Positions 43,440 to 57,249 of a stretch of 64,000 bases of DNA are shown here, one piece after another. Source of the stretch: Eledone cirrhosa (lineage: Eukaryota); the NCBI GenBank assembly GCA_964016885.1, contig OZ024742.1, positions 322,028,001 to 322,092,000 on the forward strand, given 5' to 3'. How positions within the stretch are numbered: the stretch's first letter is position 1; each line of letters begins with the position of its first letter. The position numbers and the translations under genes were made by a program. The notes beneath the pieces were generated by a model that did not search any database, was not told where the DNA came from, and saw only the letters and a list, made by a program, of their open reading frames with translations.

Positions 43440-43537
43440 CAGTAGCAGTGGTGGTGGTGGTGGTAGTAGTAGTAGTAGCAGTAGCAGTGGTGGTGGTAGT
43501 AGTAGTGGTGGTGGTGGTGGTGGTGGTAGTGGTAGTG

Positions 43538-43590
<53 letters not shown>

Positions 43591-43687
43591 GGTGGTGGTG
43601 GTGGTGGTGGTGGTGGTGGTGGTAGTAGTAGTAGTAGCAGTAGCAGTGGTGGTGGTAGTAGTAGTGGTGGTGGTGGTGGTGGTGGTG

Positions 43688-43749
<62 letters not shown>

Positions 43750-43870
43750 GGTGGTGGTGGTGGTGGTGGTGGTCGTGGTGGTGGTGGTGGTGGTGGTGGT
43801 GGTGGTGATGGTGGTGGTGGTGGTGGTGGTGATGGTGGTGGTAGTAGAAGCAGCAGCAGCAGCAGCAGTC

Positions 43871-43945
<75 letters not shown>
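42130..43945. repeat. (CAC/AAC/CAT)n array followed by a (GGT/AGT)n array
   Basis: Direct inspection; ~65-bp unique spacer at 43076-43140. Confidence 0.95.
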
Positions 43946-44056
43946 ATACAAGTTCTACTAGTGACATCATAAGTTGGTCAGGTCATTGTCATACGTAAGA
44001 ACGAAAACAGCGAGCTCTTTCGAGAACATCCTCTGTCTCCCCTCTCCTATCTCTCT

Positions 44057-44145
<89 letters not shown>

Positions 44146-44382
44146 CCTCTCTCTCTCTTTCTTACAGACTAACACACATGTGCACGTCGCAAATAGATAC
44201 ATACATATATAGAAATATGTATATCTATATCTATATATGTACATAAATGTGTTTACATATATGTAGTTCAAGGAAACAACGGAGATACAAAAAGTTTTAT
44301 TAGTTTATATATGTGTGTGTTTATATATATATATATATATATATGAAATATAAGAATCAAAGAACTGTTCAAAACATTATTG

Positions 44383-44429
44383 TGCTTACAGCTGTTTCCT
44401 CCAAACCGAGGTTTGGATTCTTCGGAGCA
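44383..44429 (-). ncRNA. Minimal hammerhead ribozyme (K2), CCGAAGA core
   Basis: TGCT-CCGAAGA-aTCCAAACC tc GGTTTGGAg-GAA-ACAGCTGT-A-AGCA. Confidence 0.75.
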
Positions 44430-44826
44430 ATTTATTAATGCATGGACAGTTATATGACCTCCTTTTCAGCCAAGAGACATACCGATACATATGCAAATAT
44501 TGTGGGTCAACATTCATTACAGAATTTAGAGTGGCAGTACACACTTTGAGATTACATTCATATTAAGAGGTACAATCAAAAATCAAAAATACAGGTTAAA
44601 ATACAACATGAAGATAAGCGGTTATATAGTGCATAAGGTTTTGTATTTACATAACCATAAATGGTATAACTAATACTATATATATATATATAATAATATA
44701 TAGTTAGAAACACAGTAAACCGTGTGTCTAAAATTACAAGGGTTGAAAAACCACATTTGTTTGAAATATTTAACCAAGAAGCAGACAGAATGATAAAATA
44801 TACAAACCGCCTCAATAACCATTATA

Positions 44827-44906
44827 TCTCTCGGACAGATTATCCCTAATCTGTTTCGCCCTGAGTGTGTTTGTAACAGATAATCCTGGGCTTCATCAGC
44901 GAGAGA
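44827..44906 (-). ncRNA. Full type I hammerhead ribozyme (K1)
   Basis: TCTCTCG-CTGATGA-aGCCC...GGGC-GAA-ACAGATTA ggga TAATCTGT-C-CGAGAGA: 7-bp stem I, 8-bp stem III with GNRA loop, GUC site. Confidence 0.88.
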
Positions 44907-45284
44907 ATCTGATTAAATGCCACAAACACTATTTGCCAAGGTTCACACAGAAAGATGAATTTGTCACCTCGTGCGCCGCTAGTCAAACGTGGTAAGCGTG
45001 TATTGAATAGAAATAACAGTCCAACACACACAACTTAATAAGCTCAACTTGTGAGGGAGCAGAATATATATGAAAATTAGAGTTAAAACTCAATTGGAAC
45101 CCTGTATTATATATATTTTCATATATATTTCTGCAACCAACCAACCAGAAATTTATAAGTTTGTAGATTTGTAAATTTATAAATTTATAAATATAATAAA
45201 TTGAAGTGAAAGCAACTGGTGCGTGTGTTTCTTATTGGCAACATGACCCTCCCAAAGTATAACAATATATATATATATATATAT

Positions 45285-46792
45285 AACGAAGGAAATGTGG
45301 TAAGGAACCAGGTGGACCATAACGCACCAAAGTACTCAATACTTGGGGTAGTAGAGTGGGTAATAGGAACCAGTAAGACCCTGACGGCTGAGCTCAAGCC
45401 GTTTCGACGGCTAATTCTGGACTAAATGAAAATTTATCCTGGTATTTAAATAGCCGATCTTCTCAAGGGGTAATTCCATATATGGTCAAAGTGATTGTCA
45501 AAAATCAGTAGTAATTCAGTGATTGCAAATTAGTAGGGGAGATGGTGGCTAAACCTGCCAGTAGGAGAAAGAGGGGAGGGGGTGAAGTAGACCCAATCAA
45601 GCGTTGGTAGTGCCAGATACAGCTGGGCATGAGGTCAAAGAAGATACTGGGGAGGGGGAGGGGGAGGAAGTCGGAACGGTAGGTAGAACAATGGGGGGTA
45701 AAAATATATATGAAAGAAAAAATACTGAGAGTGAAGAAAAGCGGATAAGTGTAAAGAAAAAAGTAAAGCAAGTTCTACTACCTAGGTCTCTAGCTATTGT
45801 TAGGCTAGAATAAATAAATAAAGAAAGAAAGAAAGAAAGAAAGAAGTAAAGAAAGAAATAAAGAAATAACGAAATAAGTAAATGAACTAGGTGGGACGGA
45901 ATAGGCAAGGACCCTTTTAAGAGGTATAAGTACGTAAATGATACGGTGACGGGTCAACAAATGGGGCCAAAATACTAAAGAGACTACCACGAAATAAATA
46001 ATAAAGGTTTCTATCCCGGGCACAATGCCAGCATCCACCCAGTGCAGCAAAGTGAACTAGTACGAGATAATAATTCTGAGTCCCGAAAAAAATATATACT
46101 AATGCTAACTCTAAAAGATCTAAAACAAGCTACATGAAAATTCGTACGAAGTAAAGGTAGAATACGGAAAAATAAATTCAGAATCCACCCCGCCCAAAAG
46201 AAAAGCGAAGAAAGAAATACTGAAACGAGAAAATAAGGCATAAGTGCCACTAAGAAATATAGAAGGCACGGAGAATAGTGGGAGCGGTCGGAAAAAGGGG
46301 GCAAGTATCCGGGGGTCTAAACCAACTGCTATAAAAGGCGGAGTCCGCCAAATCTATCATAGACTAGGGAAGGGGGTGGGGGTACTAAGGCTACAAGGGG
46401 CCAAAGGGCAGCCTCGGGTGGGCGAGAAGAGACGCCGACAAAGGAGACGAGCTGGGGTAGAAGGACTAAGGAGGGAAGGGGGGAAGGAAATAAAGGAAGC
46501 GATAAAAGAATAAAAAGAAGATCTTACGTCTCCCTTGGCAAGCAGGGGTTACCCATTGCAAAATCGGCAAGTGGGGTGTTATAGCCCTAGTCTACCCCCC
46601 CCCCCCCCCCCTCGGGTCATTATGGGGTTTGAGTGCGAGGTAAGTCCTACGCAATCTATGTTTACATGCAGTAACCAGTTCATCTTTCTTGTTTAGGAGT
46701 TGGTCCGTCGAAAACAGCATTTGTCAAGTTTCCTCCGAGCATAAATTGCACGGACGGCGTCCTCCCGTGTAAGAATTGGCTCTGGACAGTAA
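45285..46792 (-). mobile_element. 5'-truncated PLE, family E (endonuclease C-terminus, ~1.1-kb 3' UTR, PLTR)
   Basis: 46792-46640 translates LLSRANSYTGGRRPCNLCSEET*QMLFSTDQLLNKKDELVTACKHR, aligning to ILARAGSYNGNKRPCDLC...LNKKSEAISACKHK of the 30.5-kb PLE. Confidence 0.8.
45378..45471 (-). ncRNA. Hammerhead ribozyme (family E) with U3-A8 core
   Basis: ACCCC-TTGAGAA-GAtCGGCTA...TAGCCGTC-GAA-ACGGC ttgagctca GCCGT-C-AGGGT (GGGGT in other copies). Confidence 0.75.
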
Positions 46793-47261
46793 ATAAAGAC
46801 TCAGGGACTAAGAATTGAAATATATACACATACAAGGATGAAAGGACGCACGCGTATAAACATACACACACGCGCAACCACATACATGTATGTGATATAC
46901 ACAGGGAAGGGAGTGTATCTGTCAAAGCAGTGTCAGACTTAAGGTCGATACAGATATAAAAATATAAAATATGAAAAATTAATGAAATAATATATAAGAA
47001 TAAAAATTAAGTCAAAGAGAAAGTAAGAGGGAGGGGTTATCAATTATAAAGTAACACTAGAAAAAATACATAAAAAGTAGAAAACATGCAGAACTTCGTA
47101 CGCACATATATATATATATATAAACATATATATACACGTACACACAAAAACACATACATACAAAAACACGCATACATACACACGATACACACATATATAC
47201 ATACTTGTACATCTAATCACACGCACGTACGCGACCATATATATATATATATATATATATA

Positions 47262-47565
47262 TTGTTATACTTTGGGAGGGTCATGTTGCCAATAAGAAAC
47301 ACACGCACCAGTTGCTTTCACTTCAATTTATTATATATTTATAAATTTACAAATTTACAAATTTACAAACTCACTAATTTCTGGTTGGTTGGTCGGTTCC
47401 ACGACCAGATAGTTGTTTATATATATAGTCATAGTCCTTTCGTCACACACTCTGTGACCTCTTCAGTGTGTTTCTTATTGGCAACATGACCCTCCCAAAG
47501 TATAACAATATCGGTTTCAACACACGATTTCAGATAAAGAATCTTGCTAAACAAATTCAGAAACG

Positions 47566-47570
<5 letters not shown>
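47262..47570. mobile_element. PLTR family D fragment with inversion at HHR stem I (~47468)
   Basis: Matches 51226-51480 and 45130-45265. Confidence 0.75.
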
Positions 47571-47619
<49 letters not shown>

Positions 47620-47626
<7 letters not shown>

Positions 47627-50600
47627 TATATAAAAAACCTTGATGTAAAAGCACACATACACACACACATATAAACATACACGCGCACATACGAATGCAT
47701 TCGTATACATATACAAACACGTATACACATATATGCACACATACACGCATACATACATATATGAAATAAAAACCAGCCGTATGAATAAATGGGTACAAAT
47801 TATACGCAAGTAAACATACATAAAAGCGGCTGAGGGATAACAAAATATATCTGGAGTCGAAAACACAAGTGACAAGTATTATCAGGCAGTGAAAGAAAAG
47901 AGGGAAGTAAAATATGTAAAATTGTGAATATATAAAGTAAGTGAATCAAATAGAAAGGGGGGGGTCACTAGTGGAAGTGAAGTAAAAATAAAATTAAAAA
48001 TAAAAATAAAAGTAAATCAGAAAGAGAAGTCTGTAAAGAAGGTAAGTTAAGGAAAGTGAAGAACAAGAGTTTATGGAGGATAAGTATCTGAAAATAAGTT
48101 AAGTTTATATGAGCTGGAAAGCAAGTGTGATTTCATGTGTGGGCAACTGGTGAAAATTTCTGTTTTTTGCATTTAGGCAAGATTTGGGTGATTTAAGGTT
48201 CTGTAAAATCCAATATTTTTCACTTATGCAGAGTGCGCATCTTCTTGTTCCTCTTGCGTATTCTTTAGATTCGTTCAAAATTCACCAAACTAATTTATAT
48301 TGTATACCTTGGTCTTTCAAATCCCATATTCTGTTGTAAATCTTTTTTCAGGATGTCGGAAAGCTGTTGTAAATCTTTTTTCAGGATGTCGGAAAGATGC
48401 GACATGTGAGTAATAACGCGTTTTGAATTTGTCTTGTGTCATACCCACATATCGTTCGCTGGTGGCTGGTAAGTTGTTGCTGGTGGTTGTCACTTTAGCC
48501 TCATATACAATGGCTTTTGGTGTTGCATTTACCTTGTAATGGGCATTCACTTTTGATTCTACAGGAGCAATTTTGATGTTCTCTGGGTATTTTCTTATTG
48601 AGTATATAAGATTTAATAGGGGGACCGCAGGAGTAGCTGATTTTGACACAGTTTCTATTGAAGATCTTATAGTATCTATGTGTTCTATGGAAATGTTTAT
48701 CTAAGCATTCTAGGAATGTTTTGCCTACATTAGTTTTAACTGCTAAAGAGTAGGGGGTGTGAACCAGATTATTTTTTTTTCCTATTATTATGTTTAAAGG
48801 AGTTAGTATTGTTGGGTATGTACTTAATCGGATCGCTAAATCCGCTATTTTGAAGGGCTTTATTATAGTAGGGGGATGCCTTATTGAAAATAGCTTCTGA
48901 GGAAGAGAGGGTGGAGATCCTACTGCTAATATTAGGGATAAGATTTTTAAAAACTATAGGAGGATGGCAAGAGCCTTTATTTATATATTTTAAATTTTCA
49001 TTGGGTTTATGGTACGGTTTATAAGAAGCAGTAGGCAGATTTAGATTTATATCTAGAAAATTAACATTAGAAAGGTTAGTGTCAATGGTAATTTTAAGAT
49101 TAAAACGAAGGTTTTTATTAAGTCTTTCCTGAATCTATCTAAATTATGGCCTATAGTGGTATGGGAAAGTATTATACCATCGTCACGATAAAGCCCAAAG
49201 TTATGGTTAGTGAATTTCTCTTTAAGTGTGTGTAGGAGGAATAGGCCGACTAAATCACACACGTCAGCACTGTCAAAAGAACCCATTGAGACATCGAATG
49301 GGTTCTCTGGGTTAGATTTTTTTACCCAAGTGTCATTAGTAAACAGTAAAGTGTTTCTAGCATGCAAAATGATATTCTCTTCAATATCAGAAATATTGAT
49401 AAACTTTCTAGCGAAATTTAATGCTTTCGTTAAAAGAGGTTGAGTAACAGACGGGTAGAAGTCTACAATGTCAAATTGGGTGAATCTAGAACTATTTTTA
49501 TCTTTAATATTATTAAACTAATGTACTACAGAAGAGCTATTTATCCATTGGAGTAATTCAGACTTACTTCTAATATGTTTGTTTATATTATTTAATATTT
49601 TTTTGCTAGCAAGGCCGATTTCAGTCTTAGCAGGGTTGATTAATCTACAACTAGGACGATTAATAAGATCAGGTTTGTGATCTTTGAGGGTGATGCAAGT
49701 TTTTCTGTTCTATTGTCTATTTTTAAAAAACTAGCTAATTATTTGGCTTCCTTATTAATAGTATTATAGGTGTTTATATTAACTATTTGGTATTTAGAGG
49801 TGATGTTATCTGTTAAGAGTTGGTCATGTAAGTTATTATTAACTTCGTATAAGTTTTTAGTTTTATCAGAGAAAATGAACTTATTTTTAGAAGATTTGAA
49901 TTTTGAAATATCGTTAGAGAGTTTAGATTGAAAAGGGTTAGAGTACTTACGGAATTTGATTTGGTTGAATTAACTAAGTCTAGTTCAAAAGCAATCATAT
50001 CTTTTACTCTTTGTGGGTATTTATGAGACTTGATATCAAAATATTCTGTAGAGTCCGTGATAAAGTGCCCATCGAAAATCAAACCTTTCCATTTCATTCT
50101 TTTAACAACTTTCTCTACTTTGTCGATCAACATTTTAGTTTAGGAAGTGTTAGAAGGTGTTGGGATATTCTTGATGGAGTAATCCAAATGATGTCTATCC
50201 ATATTCAGTATTGGTTAAAAATACTTTTGACTGAAGAGTGCTCGACTTTAAAAGGGCTGGAAGGTGCCAATCTCATATAAATGTAGAATATGCTACGATC
50301 ATTCCCTTGGGAGCTGTATAAGTATTGAAGTTTCCGTTGAAAATTGAAAAAGTCATAGGAGTGAAGAGTGCTCTATGTAAGTTACATATATTATATACGT
50401 ATTTGTGGTCACACATACACTGATATGCTTGCCCTCATGTATGTACTTACGCACACATTTTTTCCCTATATACATGCATTTGTACATACACACATATGTA
50501 CATTTGTAGGTGCATATACACATATTTATACACATACCCTTACTATATTTCCTTATTTTAATTTTATATATCTCTTGTATTACCTTTATTTATATATTTT

Positions 50601-50750
50601 TTTGCCCGTTAAACTTTTGCCTTTCTTGAGGAAATTTTCCAAATATTTCACTGTTTAAATTGCCTTCTCTGACGAACGAATGCAGACGTTTCTTGTATTC
50701 GTCTTATTCGGGAAACCTCTGGTAATGAGGTAATTATATTGTATTGTTTA
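47620..50750 (-). mobile_element. Degenerate Penelope-like element (Nematis-type, tentative), family F, with inverted PLTR at ~50380-50750
   Basis: Frameshifted fragments ~50200-48110: KRMKWK, LKDHK, RLINPAK, QFDIVDFYPS, FDVSMGSFDSADVCDLVG, GLYRDDG, IVYEAKV..YVGMT, CALCISEK. Confidence 0.85.
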
Positions 50751-50751
50751 T

Positions 50752-50782
<31 letters not shown>

Positions 50783-51018
50783 TATATAATATATATATAT
50801 AATATGTATATATAATATATATATATATAATATATATATTTATATAATATATATAATATATATATATAATATATATATATAATATATATATATAATATAT
50901 ATATATAATATATATATATAATATATATATATATAATATATATATATAATATATATATATATATAATATATATATATATAATATATATATATATATATAC
51001 TGTATATATATATATATA

Positions 51019-51100
<82 letters not shown>

Positions 51101-51118
51101 TGTATATATATATATATA

Positions 51119-51790
<672 letters not shown>

Positions 51791-51793
<3 letters not shown>

Positions 51794-52704
51794 CAAGGTT
51801 TAGCAAATAAGAAAAAGTTTCAAAATAAATTTTTTAAAATTCACTGTACTCACTATGGTTACCTTTACCGAATCGGTTTCGAGTCTCAAAAATAAATGGA
51901 CTGTCTTTGCGGCCTTCCATTGTAAAGATAAACTCTCGTCAGAAGGTTCTTTTCACTCGGAGAATATAAAATTCCCGAGTTCAAATTACGAACTGGCGCT
52001 ATTCAAAATTGTTCCCGTGATGAGAATGAATGATGTGGAAGCAATTCTGTCCAGTGCCGTGTGTAAAGATAGAAGCAGAGGTCAGTCTACTACCACTATA
52101 AATAGCAGCAGTCAGAACGACCAAATTTTATCTCGACCAAGAGGAGGATAATAATAATAAAGTATATATCCCTACACGCAAAAAGCGTCTAGGAGCACAT
52201 GTATTGTCCAACCAGACGCTTTTTGCGTGTAGGGATATATACTTTATTATTATTATCCTCCTCTTGGTCGAGATAAAATTTGGTCGTTCTGACTGCTGCT
52301 ATTTATAGTGGTAGTAGACTGACCTCTGCTTCTATCTTTACACACGGCACTGGACAGAATTGCTTCCACATCATTCATTCTCATCACGGGAACAATTTTG
52401 AATAGCGCTAGTTCGTAATTTGAACTCGGGAATTTTATATTCTCCGAGTGTTTATCTTGACCATGGAAGGCCGCAAGGATTGTCCATTTATTTTTGAGAC
52501 TCGAAACCGATTTGGTAAAGGTAACCATAGTGAGTACAGTGAATTTTTAAAAATTTATTTTGAAACTTTTTCATATTTGCTAAACCTTGATTATATATGT
52601 TCTGGCTCGTTAATTTATTAACCTGCCATTGAACCACATTGGGATATGGTTGGACAATACATGTGCCCCTAGACGCTTTTTGCGTGTCGGGATATATACT
52701 TTAT

Positions 52705-52712
<8 letters not shown>
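51791..52712. mobile_element. ~800-bp palindromic PLTR-like element (family Q)
   Basis: Arms ~51791-52190 and ~52213-52592; central sequence repeated inverted at ~52667-52710. Confidence 0.75.
51861..51947 (-). ncRNA. Hammerhead ribozyme (family Q)
   Basis: ACCTT-CTGACGA-GAGT...ACTC-GAA-ACCG att CGGT-A-AAGGT. Confidence 0.8.
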
Positions 52713-52749
<37 letters not shown>

Positions 52750-52945
52750 AATGAAGAAAAACGCAATGTTGACTTAAATCCATTTTTTTTTCTTTCTACG
52801 TTCGTTTCTATACACGGGATAATGGTACATACATATGTAAACAATAATATAATCAGAAACAGTTAATTAACAATTATTTACACAAAAGACCCGCATATTA
52901 TCAGGAATTATTAAAAGAGAAAAATGTTTAGCAAAATATAAATTA

Positions 52946-53423
52946 CTAGCAGTGGTACTCGGCGTTGCACGGGATAAGGTATTTTGGAACGCGGGCCACC
53001 AACATACCTAATCGTGGAAAAACTGCATGCCTGGACAATATGTAAAGAAAATAAACCGAATACTCTGATGGCTGGATAATCTTTAAGATTTTCCTCGATG
53101 AAGCAGGAAATTGCAGGTTTTCACCTAATGCGGGCCCTGTGTGATCAAGAAAATGAATTTATTTTATGTGCATAATATGCCTTGAAATTTCGGGAAAATC
53201 GGCTACTCGTAACGCCTCAAAAAAGCCCTAAAAATCTGAAAAAATGAAGTTTTTCACCTAGGCCATAAAAAGTTGGATTTTTTATGTGCATAACACTCCC
53301 TGAAACATAAGTAATACACATGTAAAGTTTGAAAAAAATCGGTTGGGTACTTCTCGAGTTTTAGGGATTCAAACTCAGACACACACACATACAGACAGAC
53401 ATCCTCAGTTTTATATATATAGA
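52946..53423 (-). mobile_element. Non-autonomous Helitron
   Basis: Minus strand A|TCTATATATATAAAAC, GTCT/GT microsatellite near the 5' end, subterminal GC-rich hairpin remnant, CTAG|T. Confidence 0.78.
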
Positions 53424-53599
53424 TAAGAACGCACGCAATATCTAATGTTGGACATAGACAAGCTTATTACGTAGAATTTACGCGAAACAGATTTTACATG
53501 CAAAGTTTTGTAAAATATTGTTAGGTTGAGGTATTATTATTAATAATATTATTATTCTTTCTTGTAATTGTTCGAATAATATTCATTGGTTGTTAAATA

Positions 53600-53785
53600 A
53601 TTGTTTCTACTTTTGGCACAAGGCCAGCAATTATCCCAGTATACTAGTAGTACTTTATTTTATCGACCCCGTAAGGATGAAAGGCAAAGTTAACCTCGGC
53701 CGGATTTGAACTAAGACCATAAAGGGGCTTAACTCTTTGCTGCAAAGCATGGCGTCAGACCCTCTACAGATACTGCCAAGCCACA
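53600..53785 (-). mobile_element. tRNA-derived SINE
   Basis: Family motifs present. Confidence 0.88.
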
Positions 53786-55076
53786 ACTGTTGGTGGTTAA
53801 ATAATATAGCGGTGAAGTATTTGTTTTGCAAGGTTTTCATATGAAATCGTGTGTTGAAACAGATATTGTTATATTTTATATTTTTAACTGTTGGTCAATC
53901 AATTATAAACATTTACTGCCAGCCAAATTATTTGTAGAAATATAAAAATATACTGAGACGAAAACGAAACCAAACCAAACAGTGGGTGTATTTTACTATA
54001 TTTTTCTGGCAATATTAGGACAACATGACTCTCCCCAAATATAACAATATCTGTCTCATCACGCGATTTCATATGAAAAACCCTAGATAATATATTTAGA
54101 GATCAGAGGTAGCTGACATGATATTCTTTGGGCAATATTAAGCATTCAAAATTTCAGTTTCTCACAGCAAACTGAAACTGGGAAGCGGTGTCATTGGACA
54201 TGGTGGTGTAAACTCATCATAGAGTAGCCGGTTTAATGTTTGCCCTAAGTTACAGCATGTCTATTCATAATTATATTACTTAATGAATTAATGGTCACCG
54301 TATAATTAGTGGTGTTGGTTTAGAAAGGTGTTTACAGAACAAGCATATTTATACTACAAATTATGTAAATATACAGTGGTGCTCAGATGCTTATGTATAC
54401 ATATACATATAAATATATATATAAACACATACATAGATACACACTTACACTTACATACATATTATATTGTTTTATTATTATATTATTTTAATATTTTATA
54501 ACTAAAACATGGCCATGTAAAGCATTACACTTGCGAATTAGGGATATATACTGTATTGAGAGCAAGTTTCTAAGTGCAGCTTTATAAGTATATATACAAC
54601 TCTATGAGACTTAGTTGCCGTTAAATTGAGGTCTGTTTGCTATGTTGATAGTTAAAATACACCAATATTGCACGTATTAATTCTCGAATATGTGGATTAA
54701 TTACACACAGACGCATTCTGAAAAAGATACATATTCACACCCGTACACATATACACGCACGGATATACATGCATAGACCTATATACATATATACGTATAT
54801 ATATCTATATACATATATATACGCATATATATCTATATACGTATATAGATATATATGCGCACAACCATATGCATAAGTGGGTATCTACATATGTGGATAT
54901 AACACATATTGAGTGAGCGGATAATTATTCCTAGATTATACAAGGAGTTTGGACGAAAACATGGATGCTCATTAGGATTGAGGGTAACCAAAATAATTTT
55001 TTTAATTTTCAAATTCTTTGGTACTTTATATATATATGTTCGATTTACAAATATTATATATATATGTATATATATA

Positions 55077-56655
55077 TTAGCAGCAGTACCCAGCGTTGCC
55101 TGGGTAGGTACAATAATGTCTGCTTTGATGAAAAAGTGTTGATCTTAGCTACTGCTTCGATGACTCATCTATGGCCACACACAGGCCATGCGGGGGAGAG
55201 TGGTGATGACCTCTATCACTGAGAAACGCATGTGACTGACAAAGGGGCATACTGGAGGAGGGAGGTAATGACCTCGACACTAAGCCAAATTGCCTCACGC
55301 TACTTGATTGGAAACCGATGAATTCTCAAATTCACAACTAAAAGCTCAGACGACGTCAGTGACCATTGTTTTGCTTTTGACCAAGAGCCGGTTAGAAATT
55401 CATGAGCTGGCGAGTTTCTTGAAAATCGGTCGTAAGGTGTAGCAAATGGCGAAATGTTGAGTGAAATCGTATGGAATATTTGGGAGGTGGAAAAAATCGT
55501 ATTTTGAAGAGTTAAACAGCTGCCATGCCGTCCCTGAACAAAAAATGTAAAGTGTAAAGCTACTATAAGATGTGCAATGATAGGTTCTATCGTAGTATAA
55601 AAGTTGAACCAAATAAATTGATTTATGTGTGAGGTGGAGGCGAAGTTTCGAATTTGAAGGAAATCGGTTGAAAAATGTGGGAGCTAATGACAGGTCGCCG
55701 TCCCTGAACAAAAAATGTAAAGCGTAAAGCTACTATAAGATGTGCAAGCAATGATAGGTTCTATCGTAGTATAAAAGTTGAACCAAATAAATTGATTTAT
55801 GTGTGAGGTGGAGCCGAAGTTTCGAATTTGAACGAAATCGGTTGAAAAATGTGGGAGCTAATGGTAGGTTCTATCGTAGTATAAAAGTTGAACCAAATAA
55901 ATTGATTTATGAGTGAGGTGGAGCCGAAGTTTCGAATTTGAACGAAATCGGTTGAAAAATGTGGGAGCTAATGGTAAGTTCTATCGTAGTATGAAAGTTG
56001 AACCAAATAAATTGATTTATGAGTGAAGTGGAGCCGAAGTTTCGAATTTGAACGAAATCGGTTGAAAAATGTGGGAGATAAAGCCGAAAAGGCGGAAATT
56101 TGAGCGAAAAGGTATTATTTTCGAATATTTAAGCGGCTGCCACGCCGTTTCTGAACAAAAATCCAAAATGTAAAGCCTCTTTAAGACGTGAAATAATCAG
56201 ATCTAGCGTAGTGTAAAATTTGAACAAAGTAAGTTGCTTAATGTGGGAGCTAGAGCCGAGAAAGTGGAAATTTGAGTCTAAAAGTGGTATTTTGGAATAT
56301 TTAAGCGGCTGCCACGCCGTCTCTGAACAATAGATGCAAAATATAAAACCATTACAGGATGTGCAATGATAAATTCTATTTTGCTTTAAAATTTGAACGA
56401 AATCGGTGGCAAAATGTGGGAGCTAGAGCCAAAAATCTTATTTTTCGATACCTAAAAAAGGTGACCCTCCTATCGATTTTTATCTGCAGAATGACCCCCG
56501 GAATAAAAAAAGACGATACGCTGATATATAGAAAACACTCCCCGATGACTAATCTATGAGCCTCTAAAGTTTCATGAAAATCGGTCGTAAGATGTAGGCC
56601 CCTATAGGTAATACACAGGCACATACACACACACATACTTAATTTTATATAAATT
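55077..56655 (-). mobile_element. Non-autonomous Helitron-like element with an internal ~110-bp tandem array (~55580-56078)
   Basis: End tagcagcagtacccagcgttgcctgggt resembles the 52946 element end; units taggttctatcgtag...gtgggagctaatg at ~55581, 55755, 55865, 55975. Confidence 0.65.
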
Positions 56656-57249
56656 ACATATATATATATATATATATATATATGAATGAAAAATGGTATG
56701 CTGCGTTGTTGCGAATATGAAGATATGAATAAAAATAGACCAAGAAGCAAGAATGTCGTTCATCAGTAGTCTATTGATATCGTTGGTATTTCTTCGCATT
56801 AAAGACTAGATACCTAAAATCAGTACGAGCAATAACTAAATTAAGTTATCGGGACAGAGGAAAATAGAGGAACGGAAACAAACATCATGGTAGTAATGCA
56901 ACGTAAAGAGAGGAAAAGAGAGACAAGTGAATGAATCTTGTGGGCTTAAGTCCGACAAATCAAATGACGAGAAGAAACAGACGCGTCCGAGCCACGAGAA
57001 GATTGAGAGAGGAAAGAAATTCAAGCAGGTCAGACGGGAGGAAGTGAGAGAGGAGGAGTAGCAGAGAGTGTGTGAGTGAAAGTGTGAGGAAGGGGCCAGC
57101 CGAGAGTGAGTGACCAGCAGCGGGAGTGGAGGAAAGCAAGAGGTGAAGGAGAGAGAAGAGGGAGAGAGAAAGAGGATAACAGTAAGGTGTCAAAAAAAAA
57201 TACGAACCACAGAGAAGGGAAAAATATATGTGAATGAAAATATATATAT

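Noticed and set aside
47500-47545. Second hammerhead in family D (CTGAAAT...GAAAC)
   Set aside because: Core lacks G8/A9 and no stem II forms
51855-52528. Mirror-image 98-aa and 91-aa ORFs
   Set aside because: Product of the palindrome, antisense to the ribozyme, with no recognisable domain
55580-56078. CRISPR-like array
   Set aside because: Units are full tandem repeats without unique spacers; eukaryotic context and no cas genes
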